DNA of 64,000 bases from an uncultured Dehalococcoidia bacterium (GTDB lineage Bacteria > Chloroflexota > Dehalococcoidia > Lucifugimonadales > Australimonadaceae): positions 64,948 to 128,947 of the forward strand of contig CALGTL010000162.1 in NCBI GenBank assembly GCA_937901475.1, written 5' to 3'. The translations under genes were made by a program, and so were the position numbers. Position 1 is the first letter of the stretch, and each line of letters starts with the position of its first letter. Under the pieces are notes generated by a model. The model ran no database searches and had not been told where the DNA came from. It saw only the letters and a program-made list of their open reading frames with translations. Positions 54,588 through 62,708 of the stretch are shown piece after piece.

Positions 54588-56108
54588 ATGGCTGAGAATC
54601 GCTTGTACGATGTGATTGTGATAGGCGGCGGGTCAGCAGGTGCCGCCGCGGCTGCTCGTCTCTCAGAAGACCCAGACCGGCAAGTACTGTTGCTGGAAGC
54701 GGGGCCGGATCCGATGCCAATCCCTGACTCAGTTTCTGATGGGTCACAGCAAACGCGGGCTCTCCTGGAATCGCCCTACATCGTCATGTATCCCGCCGTT
54801 CGACGCGAAGATAGCAGCACCTTCTACAAGGTGAGCGGTCGAATCATGGGAGGCGGATCATCGGTCAATGCGATGGCCGTGGTCCGCCCTACGAAATATG
54901 ACCTCGACTCATGGGCTGCAGACGGCAATCCTGGCTGGGCATACGACGATTGCCTACCCGTCATGCGCCGCCTCGAATCTGATCAAGACTACTATGATGA
55001 CCCTATTCACGGGACAGATGGACCACTGTACGTGAAGCGCCCCTTCACGTTAGACATGGGTGGCTCGGAGCCAGTGCAAGCATTCATCGATCGTGCGATA
55101 AGCATGGGAATGCCGCTATGCCCAGATCTCAACGTCCCGGAGCCTTACGGCGTCTGTGGTTCCGCATACAACATCAAAGACGGCGTTAGGCAGTCAACCA
55201 CCGTTGCATACCTGGACCCTGCAAGGGGGCGCGCGAATCTGCAAATCGTCGACGAGGCGCTCGTACTATCGCTGAAGCTCTCTGGGCGGCGCGTGGATGG
55301 CGTTATATATCAAAAGAACAACCAAGTAATCACCGCAACCGCGGATCGTGTAGTCCTGAGCGCGGGGGCATACCATAGCCCTCAGGTACTCACTCTTTCA
55401 GGTATCGGCCCCCAAAAGGAACTCCAACGCTTGGGAATCGTGGCCACACACCCACTTGAGGGAGTGGGCGAGAACTACCAGGATCACGCGACCGTGCAGA
55501 TGACATACGAAGGGCGCGACGATTTCAGCCCTGATTGGGTAGTGCCTAGGTTCCGTCTTATGTTCAAAAGCGACCCGAGCTTGCCAACGGGGAATTTTCA
55601 TTTATTCATGCGGCCTCCGACTGAGGTGCCTGGCCTAAAGCGGATGATGCCCGTCTCGGCGAATCTCCTGCAGCAAACCATGCCTGGGCGGATATTCCTG
55701 AACAGCACCAACCCCTCTGACCTTCCGGAGATTGACGATGCGATGCTGGCGCATCCAGACGATATCAAAGCCATGACCATAGCAATGGAGTTCCTCCACG
55801 AACTGGTCTCCCATGAGTCGATGGCGGGGTTCTATGGCCCGCTTCTTATGCCGACCGAGGATGAGGACTGGGCAACCTACGCCCGCAGCTCCTACGGCAC
55901 GTACCAGCACGGCGCAGGTACCTGCATGATGGGGCCCGCGTCAAATCCAATGGCCGTAGTGGGCAACACTCTTCGCGTCCATGGACTCGACAATTTATTC
56001 GTGGCGGACGCCTCTATCATGCCACGCGTGACCCATGGCAACACAAATGTAACGGCAATCATGATTGGCGAGCGCGTCGCCGATTTCATCAAAGCCGAAG
56101 GCGGCTAG
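54588..56108 (+). CDS. GMC family FAD-dependent oxidoreductase (choline dehydrogenase-like)
   Basis: YDVIVIGGGSAGAAAAARLSED (GxGxxG), GGGSSVNAM, and C-terminal HGAGTCMMG and NLFVADASIMP. GAGGAGG SD. Confidence 0.88.
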   Translation: MAENRLYDVIVIGGGSAGAAAAARLSEDPDRQVLLLEAGPDPMPIPDSVSDGSQQTRALLESPYIVMYPAVRREDSSTFYKVSGRIMGGGSSVNAMAVVRPTKYDLDSWAADGNPGWAYDDCLPVMRRLESDQDYYDDPIHGTDGPLYVKRPFTLDMGGSEPVQAFIDRAISMGMPLCPDLNVPEPYGVCGSAYNIKDGVRQSTTVAYLDPARGRANLQIVDEALVLSLKLSGRRVDGVIYQKNNQVITATADRVVLSAGAYHSPQVLTLSGIGPQKELQRLGIVATHPLEGVGENYQDHATVQMTYEGRDDFSPDWVVPRFRLMFKSDPSLPTGNFHLFMRPPTEVPGLKRMMPVSANLLQQTMPGRIFLNSTNPSDLPEIDDAMLAHPDDIKAMTIAMEFLHELVSHESMAGFYGPLLMPTEDEDWATYARSSYGTYQHGAGTCMMGPASNPMAVVGNTLRVHGLDNLFVADASIMPRVTHGNTNVTAIMIGERVADFIKAEGG

Positions 56109-56221
56109 TCCGCGACTCTATCAGCGGCGGTTTAAACCCAAACGCCTCGTAGGTTGTCCCACTCTGAGGCCGCGCTCACGCAAAAAGGCTCTCTTACGAA
56201 ATAGAAGGAGCGCTGCTCAGA

Positions 56222-56917
56222 CTAAATTTCGGGAAACGCTTCAAGATGCTCAGCAACCTCGTCGATATGCATGACGTCCGCATATTTGTGATGCATATCG
56301 AAAAGATTCATCTTGTGCGACAGCAGGTTGCGGTCGAAAACGCATTCTTCAGCCACAACAACGTGGAATCCGTAGTTGTAGGCGTCTGCCACTGACGCGC
56401 GCACGCATCCGCTAGTGCTCTCACCGCAGATGATTACCGTGTCGATGCCAGCTTGAGTAAGGTGAGCAACGAGTGGAGTGCCAAAGAACCCAGAGGCGCG
56501 CTGCTTTGTGATGACTACATCCTCTGGCTGAGGAGTGAATGCCTCAAATATGTGCTGAGCGTTCTCCCCGGCATTACCGCGATTGCGGTTGGTAGCGGTG
56601 ACGCTCTGAGGGCGGGCCTCCGGGCGCGTTTCACCCGTAGTGTAGAAGACGGGAAAGCCACGCGCCCGAGTGAGAGCGAAGAGTTGCTTAGTAGGTTCTA
56701 CCGCAGCCCAAGCATATTCACCACAGGAGCTAGGAAATTCTTTGGCGACTTGGTGTACGGGAAGAGCCCCGCCTTCGTAAACCATGTTGTAAAGATCAAT
56801 CGCGAGCAAGGCGGGCCGGCGACCGACATAGAGATCACGCTTGTAATGTTTATAAAGCTCTAGGTCCTCCGGGCTGACAACGTCTTTCCATGTGTGGTCT
56901 TCAAAATCACGAGGCAT
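56222..56917 (-). CDS. Isochorismatase-family cysteine hydrolase (N-carbamoylsarcosine/maleamate amidase-like)
   Basis: PALLAIDLYN (catalytic Asp region) and VIICGESTSGCVRASVADA (catalytic Cys). TAGGAGAT SD. Confidence 0.8.
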   Translation of the reverse strand: MPRDFEDHTWKDVVSPEDLELYKHYKRDLYVGRRPALLAIDLYNMVYEGGALPVHQVAKEFPSSCGEYAWAAVEPTKQLFALTRARGFPVFYTTGETRPEARPQSVTATNRNRGNAGENAQHIFEAFTPQPEDVVITKQRASGFFGTPLVAHLTQAGIDTVIICGESTSGCVRASVADAYNYGFHVVVAEECVFDRNLLSHKMNLFDMHHKYADVMHIDEVAEHLEAFPEI

Positions 56918-57068
56918 CGCGAATATCTCCTAACAATAGGTAAGCCCTTCCTGCGGCACGTGAGCCTATTCTACTCACAATAGAGCCTTCATTCCGGTCG
57001 AGGAGTGCGGTACCCTCCGAGCGCGTTGTGCCGTACGACTACCAGCTGCCCGAAGTAAAGGATGAATT

Positions 57069-57923
57069 ATGACTGATGGCCCTCTTGCAGGCAAAGCAGC
57101 ATTAATCACGGGCGCCGGAAGCAATCCCGGGATTGGCCGTGTCATGGCACTAGCGATGGTAAGGGCCGGTGCACGTGTTGCGATGTCGGACGTAAACAGC
57201 GAAGCGCTCGCTCGTAGCGTGAGCGACGCTCGCGAAATTGCTGGTGACGACGCGGCTATGGCTATCGTAGCCGACGTGAGTTCGGTAGAGGACGCAGAGC
57301 GTACGGTTCAAGAAGCTCTCAACGGTCTCGGTGGCCTCGACATCCTAGTCAATAACGCGGGAATCAGCCCTGCGTTCACCAATGTGCGTGCGAGTCGCAA
57401 TCAAAATTTCTGGGAGATTGACCCGGCACTTTGGACACGGATGATTGCTGTGAATCTAGGCGGCGCATTCTTGATGTCGCGCGCAGTGGTACCTCATCTA
57501 CTGAAGCAGAAATGGGGCCGTATAATCAGCGTCACAACAAGCCTAGATACGATGATTAGGGGACACAACGCCCCTTACGGTCCGTCGAAGGCAGGAAACG
57601 AAGCGCTCGCAGCCGTGATGGCCAGTGACCTCAAAGGCACAGGGGTGACCGTCAACGTACTAGTGCCTGGTGGTGCGACTGACACTAATTTTATACCGTT
57701 CTTGCCAGAGACGAATCGCTCCAATTTGATTAACCCGGAGGTGATGGCAGAACCAGTTGTGTGGTTGGCATCTGATGCCTCTAGCGAAACAAATGGTACG
57801 CGCATCCGTGGAGTGGATTGGGACAATAGTTTGCCGATACAAGAGCGACTAGCAAAGGCTAGTGCGCCAACGGCCTGGCCTCAGCTAGGGCGAGCAACCG
57901 GGCAAAGATTACGCCCTTCCTAA
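57069..57923 (+). CDS. SDR family oxidoreductase
   Basis: ALITGAGSNPGIGR (TGxxxGxG), NNAG, YGPSKAG (YxxxK). 284 aa. Confidence 0.85.
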   Translation: MTDGPLAGKAALITGAGSNPGIGRVMALAMVRAGARVAMSDVNSEALARSVSDAREIAGDDAAMAIVADVSSVEDAERTVQEALNGLGGLDILVNNAGISPAFTNVRASRNQNFWEIDPALWTRMIAVNLGGAFLMSRAVVPHLLKQKWGRIISVTTSLDTMIRGHNAPYGPSKAGNEALAAVMASDLKGTGVTVNVLVPGGATDTNFIPFLPETNRSNLINPEVMAEPVVWLASDASSETNGTRIRGVDWDNSLPIQERLAKASAPTAWPQLGRATGQRLRPS

Positions 57924-58367
57924 TTTGACATCGTATTCATGGAGTACGGTGTTGCACTCCTCCTCTAGGACAGGGCTGATAATTTCGGTGCCCACCCCAA
58001 TCATGTCCGTTACCTTCTGTACGGAATAATCACCCCAGCGACGGCTGCTTTTGTTCTGCATAGCACCAACTACTACCCGGGCAATGTTATTGACGGCGAT
58101 CGCTCCGCAACACATGGGGCATGGCTCAAGCGTCGTGTAAAGAGTGCAATCGGAAAAATCAAGCATTCCCGTCTTAGCGGCGGCGTCACGCAAGGCAGTC
58201 GTCTCAGCGTGACCTAGCGGATCAATGGACGACTCTCGCTGGTTCCCCCCTATTCCAACAATCTCGTCGCCACGCAAAATGACCGCACCGACCGCGCGAT
58301 TGCCAGCGGCACCGGACTGTCGGGCCTGGTCAATCGCAATCCGCATCCATTTATCGTGATTAGTCAT
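57909..58367 (-). CDS. CMP/dCMP-type zinc nucleoside deaminase (TadA/guanine deaminase-like)
   Basis: GHAETTALRDA (HAE) and LEPCPMCCGAI (PCxxC). 152 aa. The 3' end overlaps the SDR gene by 15 nt (convergent). Confidence 0.8.
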   Translation of the reverse strand: MTNHDKWMRIAIDQARQSGAAGNRAVGAVILRGDEIVGIGGNQRESSIDPLGHAETTALRDAAAKTGMLDFSDCTLYTTLEPCPMCCGAIAVNNIARVVVGAMQNKSSRRWGDYSVQKVTDMIGVGTEIISPVLEEECNTVLHEYDVKLGRA

Positions 58368-58390
58368 AAGAACTCTCTCAAGGTTGAGTT

Positions 58391-59299
58391 TCAGGACCTG
58401 CCTAAGGCCTCGCGCAGCGCCTCTTCGAGGCTAGGATATGCGAATCGATAGCCTGCTTGCAGCACCGCTTTCGGGATAACGCGTTTACTGGTGAGCAATT
58501 CGCCGGAAAACTCACCCAGCACTGTTCGTATCGCAATCGAGGGCACCCATGTGATCGCGGGGCGCCCAATCGCCCTTCCAAAGACTTTGGCAAAGTCTCG
58601 CTGACGGATTGCCTGAGGCGATACCACATTCAGCGGGCCTCGTACGTTGTCGTTTTCCAGCGCAAAGCGGATTATGGCTATGAAATCGTCAACATGAACC
58701 CAAGCCCACCACTGCTTACCCGAGCCAAGCCGGCCGCCGAGGCTAAGCTTGAACAGGGGCAATTGCGGTTTCAAAAACGGCGCGCCCTTGCCAACGACTA
58801 GTCCTGTACGCGAGAGGACGGTGCGGATGCCCAGTCGACTAGCATCCGTAATTGAACCCTCCCAATCGCGGCTCAGGGTACCAAGGAAATCATTGCCTGC
58901 TGGTTCCGTTTCAGGCAGTTCATCATCATCACGATGCCCATAGTAGCCGACGCCGCTGCCACCCACGATGACCTGTGGGCGATGAGGTGAAGCTTCGATG
59001 CCGCGAACAATGTTTTTCGAGCTCTCGACACGGGAGTCATAGAGGCGCTGCTTCTTAGCAGCGGTCCAGCGTCCACTTACCGGCTCTCCGAGAAGGTGGA
59101 CAATACCATCGACACCTGCAATTGCATCCATAGGCAATGGCTGATCAAGAGGAGCCCAAGCGTACAAGCGGTCGACGTTGGGGGTTGATTGCCCAGTCGG
59201 CCTACGAGACGTGCCGACAACCTGGTGACCTGCTTCAGTGAGGCCACGGGCAAGCTTGCCTCCCAGGTACCCAGTAACTCCCGTGATGAGTATTTTCAC
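58391..59299 (-). CDS. TIGR01777-like NAD-dependent epimerase/dehydratase family protein with DUF1731 C-terminus
   Basis: GTG 59299 is preceded by AAAGGGGAGG. VKILITGVTGYLGGKL Rossmann motif. C-terminal ELLTSKRVIPKAVLQAGYRFAYPSLEEAL. GTGA overlap with the upstream gene. Confidence 0.8.
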   Translation of the reverse strand: MKILITGVTGYLGGKLARGLTEAGHQVVGTSRRPTGQSTPNVDRLYAWAPLDQPLPMDAIAGVDGIVHLLGEPVSGRWTAAKKQRLYDSRVESSKNIVRGIEASPHRPQVIVGGSGVGYYGHRDDDELPETEPAGNDFLGTLSRDWEGSITDASRLGIRTVLSRTGLVVGKGAPFLKPQLPLFKLSLGGRLGSGKQWWAWVHVDDFIAIIRFALENDNVRGPLNVVSPQAIRQRDFAKVFGRAIGRPAITWVPSIAIRTVLGEFSGELLTSKRVIPKAVLQAGYRFAYPSLEEALREALGRS

Positions 59300-60498
59300 G
59301 ATGACGCCTCCCCTTTCCGGCTCCGCATGAAAGCGCGAAGCCCGCTCAACGCCAAGAAAGCGGCTACCACCCCGGACCCTATCGATATACACCACCCAAT
59401 CAGGGTTGGCGAGGTATCGCCCCCAGAGTCGATCTCCACAATCCGGCCACCGAACTCCTCGGCGATGAATACTCGGTCGCCTACAAGAGCAACTCCCGTT
59501 GGTCCTACTAGGTTCTCAGTAAGGATAGTGGTCTCACCATCTACACCCCGTCTAACAAGACGCCCAGGTAACTGAGCGGCGTGAGCAGCAGTAAGGTCGG
59601 TGACAAGATTGCGCATGTCCGTGCTGAATTCGGTAACCAGCAGGCTTCCGTCGGCCTCGAACGCTAGATCGGTGGCTGCGCTGAACCCGGTTGCGTAAGA
59701 AGTCACTTCATCGCGATCAAGCGCATCCCCGTCTGCATTGGTATCGATAACCCGGTAAACGGCAGCGGCTCCAACAGGGTGTGGCCAACCAGTAAGAGTT
59801 GCAACGTACAAAGCTCCATCAGGTCCCCATACAGCACCTGTAGGAACAGCTTGAATCATATCCTTGCTGCCAGATATCAAGCTGTCCGGGAAAAACGCGT
59901 AATCGTAGATATCTCCTTCCCGGGTAATCCGGATGACGCTGTTCCGGCCGGAGTCTGTCACTAGGGCATCTCCATTAGGCAGAAGCGCAAGGTCATAGGG
60001 GTTAGTGATGGGTTGCGGTGGGAAGAATCCTTGCACGTCCTGACCGGTAACTGGCAGGGGTTGCCCTGGCGGCGTTAGGCGGTACAACTCTTGATGCCCA
60101 TGGGCGCGTGCTTCACCAACGATGGCAAGGTAGCTATCTCCATCGACTTGCAGGGCCGCAGAGATGCCGCTGGCGCTTTCGCCTTGGATACCCGAGACAG
60201 ATAGGTACGGGAATGCATCAGAGATTACTTCGGGGGCACCAGAGAGATCCCACCTAAGCAATCGTCCTGCCCCTCCTTCAGCAATTAGCAATGACCCATC
60301 ACTAATAGCCGTTAAACCACGCGGAGCAGCTAGTCCGGCGAGGATTGCAGGACTAGGGTCTATTACGAGCTGTAGAGTAGCTACCCAACCTACGATAGAG
60401 CCCACAACAATCGCGAACACGATAGATAGAGGGAAATGGCGAGTGAGGCAAAGCACGAAAGAAAGAGTAACGCAGTGGGTTGTATGCGAAAAGTACAC
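59296..60498 (-). CDS. Beta-propeller (ScyD/ScyE- or NHL/SGL-like) protein with N- and C-terminal TM segments
   Basis: Repeated blade-like units (GLTAISDGSLLIAEGGAGRLLRWD; DLALLPNGDALVTDSGRNSVIRI; GAVWGPDGALYVATL; DLAFEADGSLLVTEF; TGVALVGDRVFIAEEFGGRIVEI). Hydrophobic N-terminus, and a C-terminal TM followed by basic RAFMRSRKGE. Confidence 0.5.
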   Translation of the reverse strand: MYFSHTTHCVTLSFVLCLTRHFPLSIVFAIVVGSIVGWVATLQLVIDPSPAILAGLAAPRGLTAISDGSLLIAEGGAGRLLRWDLSGAPEVISDAFPYLSVSGIQGESASGISAALQVDGDSYLAIVGEARAHGHQELYRLTPPGQPLPVTGQDVQGFFPPQPITNPYDLALLPNGDALVTDSGRNSVIRITREGDIYDYAFFPDSLISGSKDMIQAVPTGAVWGPDGALYVATLTGWPHPVGAAAVYRVIDTNADGDALDRDEVTSYATGFSAATDLAFEADGSLLVTEFSTDMRNLVTDLTAAHAAQLPGRLVRRGVDGETTILTENLVGPTGVALVGDRVFIAEEFGGRIVEIDSGGDTSPTLIGWCISIGSGVVAAFLALSGLRAFMRSRKGEASS

Positions 60499-60555
60499 AA
60501 AGGAGGGTGGCCCTAGCTGGGGCCACCCTCCTGAGAATACGATATTGCAGGAAGC

Positions 60556-61590
60556 TTAGTAGCTTGCCGCTATCTTAGCCTCAGCCTCGGCCGTGACCCA
60601 GGACTTCCAGTCTTCAGTGTTCTGAAGGAACCAGTCTGCGACCTCTGCGTAAGTTCCGCTGGACTCGGCCATGTAGTTCGAAGCGGCAATCTGATTGACC
60701 GCGTTGAAGTCATACTTTCCCAACATCGCAGCGATGTCAGGAGCGGCGGCGGCTGTCTCGGTTCTCATGATAATAAGCACCTCGGACAGCGGGTATGCGC
60801 ACCCCCAGGCAGGCTCAGCCGTTTCGCACTCAGCGCTGTGCGCTGGCTCTTCAAGGAGGACATAGCCTCCCAGTTCAGTATTCAGCCTGTTTGCCAAAGA
60901 AGTGGGGCCCCAGTAGTAGAAAAGGATGGGCTCTTTTTTGGTGAACGCATCAACAATCTCAGCATCGAGTGCCGCCATGGAACCTGGGTTCACAAGCTCG
61001 TAGGTGTCGTCAAGTCCGTATGCAATGAGCTTCTTCTCATTGATGACCTCACACTCCCAGCCGGGAATGCAGCCGATGTTCCGCCCCTTGTCGCCAGTGG
61101 CAGTCACCTTGAACAAATCTACGTAATCGGGCAAATCAGAAACGCTCTTGAGGCCAGGGTTGGCGTCCGCCGTGTACTGCGGAATCAAGTAACCACTCTG
61201 CCAGTTGTCTTCAAGGCTCTTACCAATTTTTTTCAAATCGCCGGATTTGTAAGCTTCGTCCCACGCCTCTTGTTGGTTGGGAAGCCAGAGTTCCATGTTG
61301 ATGTTGGTATCACCAGCAATGAGAGCCTGCATCAACGGAATCGTCCCACCAGGGACTGCGTCCGTTTCGTAGCCATAGCCACGCTCTGCGATGGCTCGAA
61401 CAATCGCGTTTTGAATCTGTGCGCTGTCCCAGTTGAGATCACTAAAAATCAACGTGGGCTTTTCCACCGGCGCTTCCACCACTGGAGCGTCTGCCGCGGG
61501 CTCATCTCCCCCACATGCGGCCAAGGCCAATGCAAACATAGCCGTTAGGCCTGCCAGCATGGCTAGCTTACTGAATTTCACAACCTTCAT
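60556..61590 (-). CDS. proX: Glycine betaine/proline ABC transporter substrate-binding lipoprotein (OpuAC/ProX-type)
   Basis: ATG 61590 lies 9 nt after GGGAGG. Signal peptide plus lipobox LALAACG. Aromatic-rich OpuAC-like core (DLNWDSAQIQN..., WLPNQQEAW, FYYWGPTS). Sits in a proVWX arrangement. Confidence 0.8.
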   Translation of the reverse strand: MKVVKFSKLAMLAGLTAMFALALAACGGDEPAADAPVVEAPVEKPTLIFSDLNWDSAQIQNAIVRAIAERGYGYETDAVPGGTIPLMQALIAGDTNINMELWLPNQQEAWDEAYKSGDLKKIGKSLEDNWQSGYLIPQYTADANPGLKSVSDLPDYVDLFKVTATGDKGRNIGCIPGWECEVINEKKLIAYGLDDTYELVNPGSMAALDAEIVDAFTKKEPILFYYWGPTSLANRLNTELGGYVLLEEPAHSAECETAEPAWGCAYPLSEVLIIMRTETAAAAPDIAAMLGKYDFNAVNQIAASNYMAESSGTYAEVADWFLQNTEDWKSWVTAEAEAKIAASY

Positions 61591-61660
61591 ACCCTTCATC
61601 CTCCCTAAATCTATTCTCGTCGCTATTTCCAGCTCGCAAGCCAGATTCCTAACTACTATT

Positions 61661-62659
61661 CTAGCGCTCGCCCATGAGTGCCTTCTGGCGCTCATTCGCG
61701 GCTGCTTGGGTCACTCGGTCAATAATGATTGCAAGGAACACGATACCTAAGCCGCTAAGCAGGGCTTCACCCGGCTGGAAGCGGTTCAGGGCGCGGTTCA
61801 CATCCTCACCAAGGCCTCCAGCACCTACTAGCGATGCGATAACAACCATCGCGAGCGCCATCATGATGGTCTGGTTGATTCCGGCCATAATGGTAGGCAC
61901 GGCCATAGGTATCTGGACCTTTAGCAGGAGCTGGCGCGGTGTTGTTCCAAAGGACATAGCCGCTTCTACAATCTCAGAAGAGACTTGGCGAATGCCGAGG
62001 TTAGTAAGCCTGATTGCCGGCGGTACCGCGTAGATAATAGTCGCGAAAATTGCGGGAACATCACCAATTCCAAAGAACATAACTGCAGGAACGAGGTAGA
62101 CGAAGCTAGGCATCGTCTGCATTCCGTCCAAGATGGGTCGCAGTATCGTGTCTAGGAGGTTACTGCGTGCTGCAAGAATACCAATAGGCACTGCAATCGA
62201 AATCGAAAGAATTACCGCAACGACAATCAATGCCATAGTCTCCATAGCACTTACCCAAAGACCCAAGGATCCCATCATTGTTAAAGATACGACTGCGAAT
62301 ATTGCAATCCCACGACCAGCCGTCTTATAGGAACCAATAACGGTCGCTACGATAAAGATTGGCCAAGGGAGCCATTCAAAGAAGTCTTTTATCAACAACA
62401 AAAACCGCAAAACCCCATCAGATGTAGGATCGAGGAACCAAGCTCCACTTGTAGTTGCCCATCCAATGGAATCGTCGATTCCCTCTGATATAGTTCGCCC
62501 AATTTTAATAGGAAATTCTACAGCGGGGCCCAAGACCGCCAGGACGATAGCGCTGAACGCCAGGAATCCAACGGACCCGAGGATCAGGGCCTTATGATTC
62601 TTGATATCAAAGCCCTTCCACCTTTTCTCTTTTTTGTTAGACGGCGACGAGATCGCCAT
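61661..62659 (-). CDS. proW: Glycine betaine/proline ABC transporter permease
   Basis: Multi-TM protein with the binding-protein-dependent permease EAA region EAAMSFGTTPRQLLLKVQIPMAVP. Confidence 0.88.
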   Translation of the reverse strand: MAISSPSNKKEKRWKGFDIKNHKALILGSVGFLAFSAIVLAVLGPAVEFPIKIGRTISEGIDDSIGWATTSGAWFLDPTSDGVLRFLLLIKDFFEWLPWPIFIVATVIGSYKTAGRGIAIFAVVSLTMMGSLGLWVSAMETMALIVVAVILSISIAVPIGILAARSNLLDTILRPILDGMQTMPSFVYLVPAVMFFGIGDVPAIFATIIYAVPPAIRLTNLGIRQVSSEIVEAAMSFGTTPRQLLLKVQIPMAVPTIMAGINQTIMMALAMVVIASLVGAGGLGEDVNRALNRFQPGEALLSGLGIVFLAIIIDRVTQAAANERQKALMGER

Positions 62660-62708
62660 GGTTCCCCCCGATTTACTGAGAAACTACCTACACTCACCAG
62701 GCTAATGC

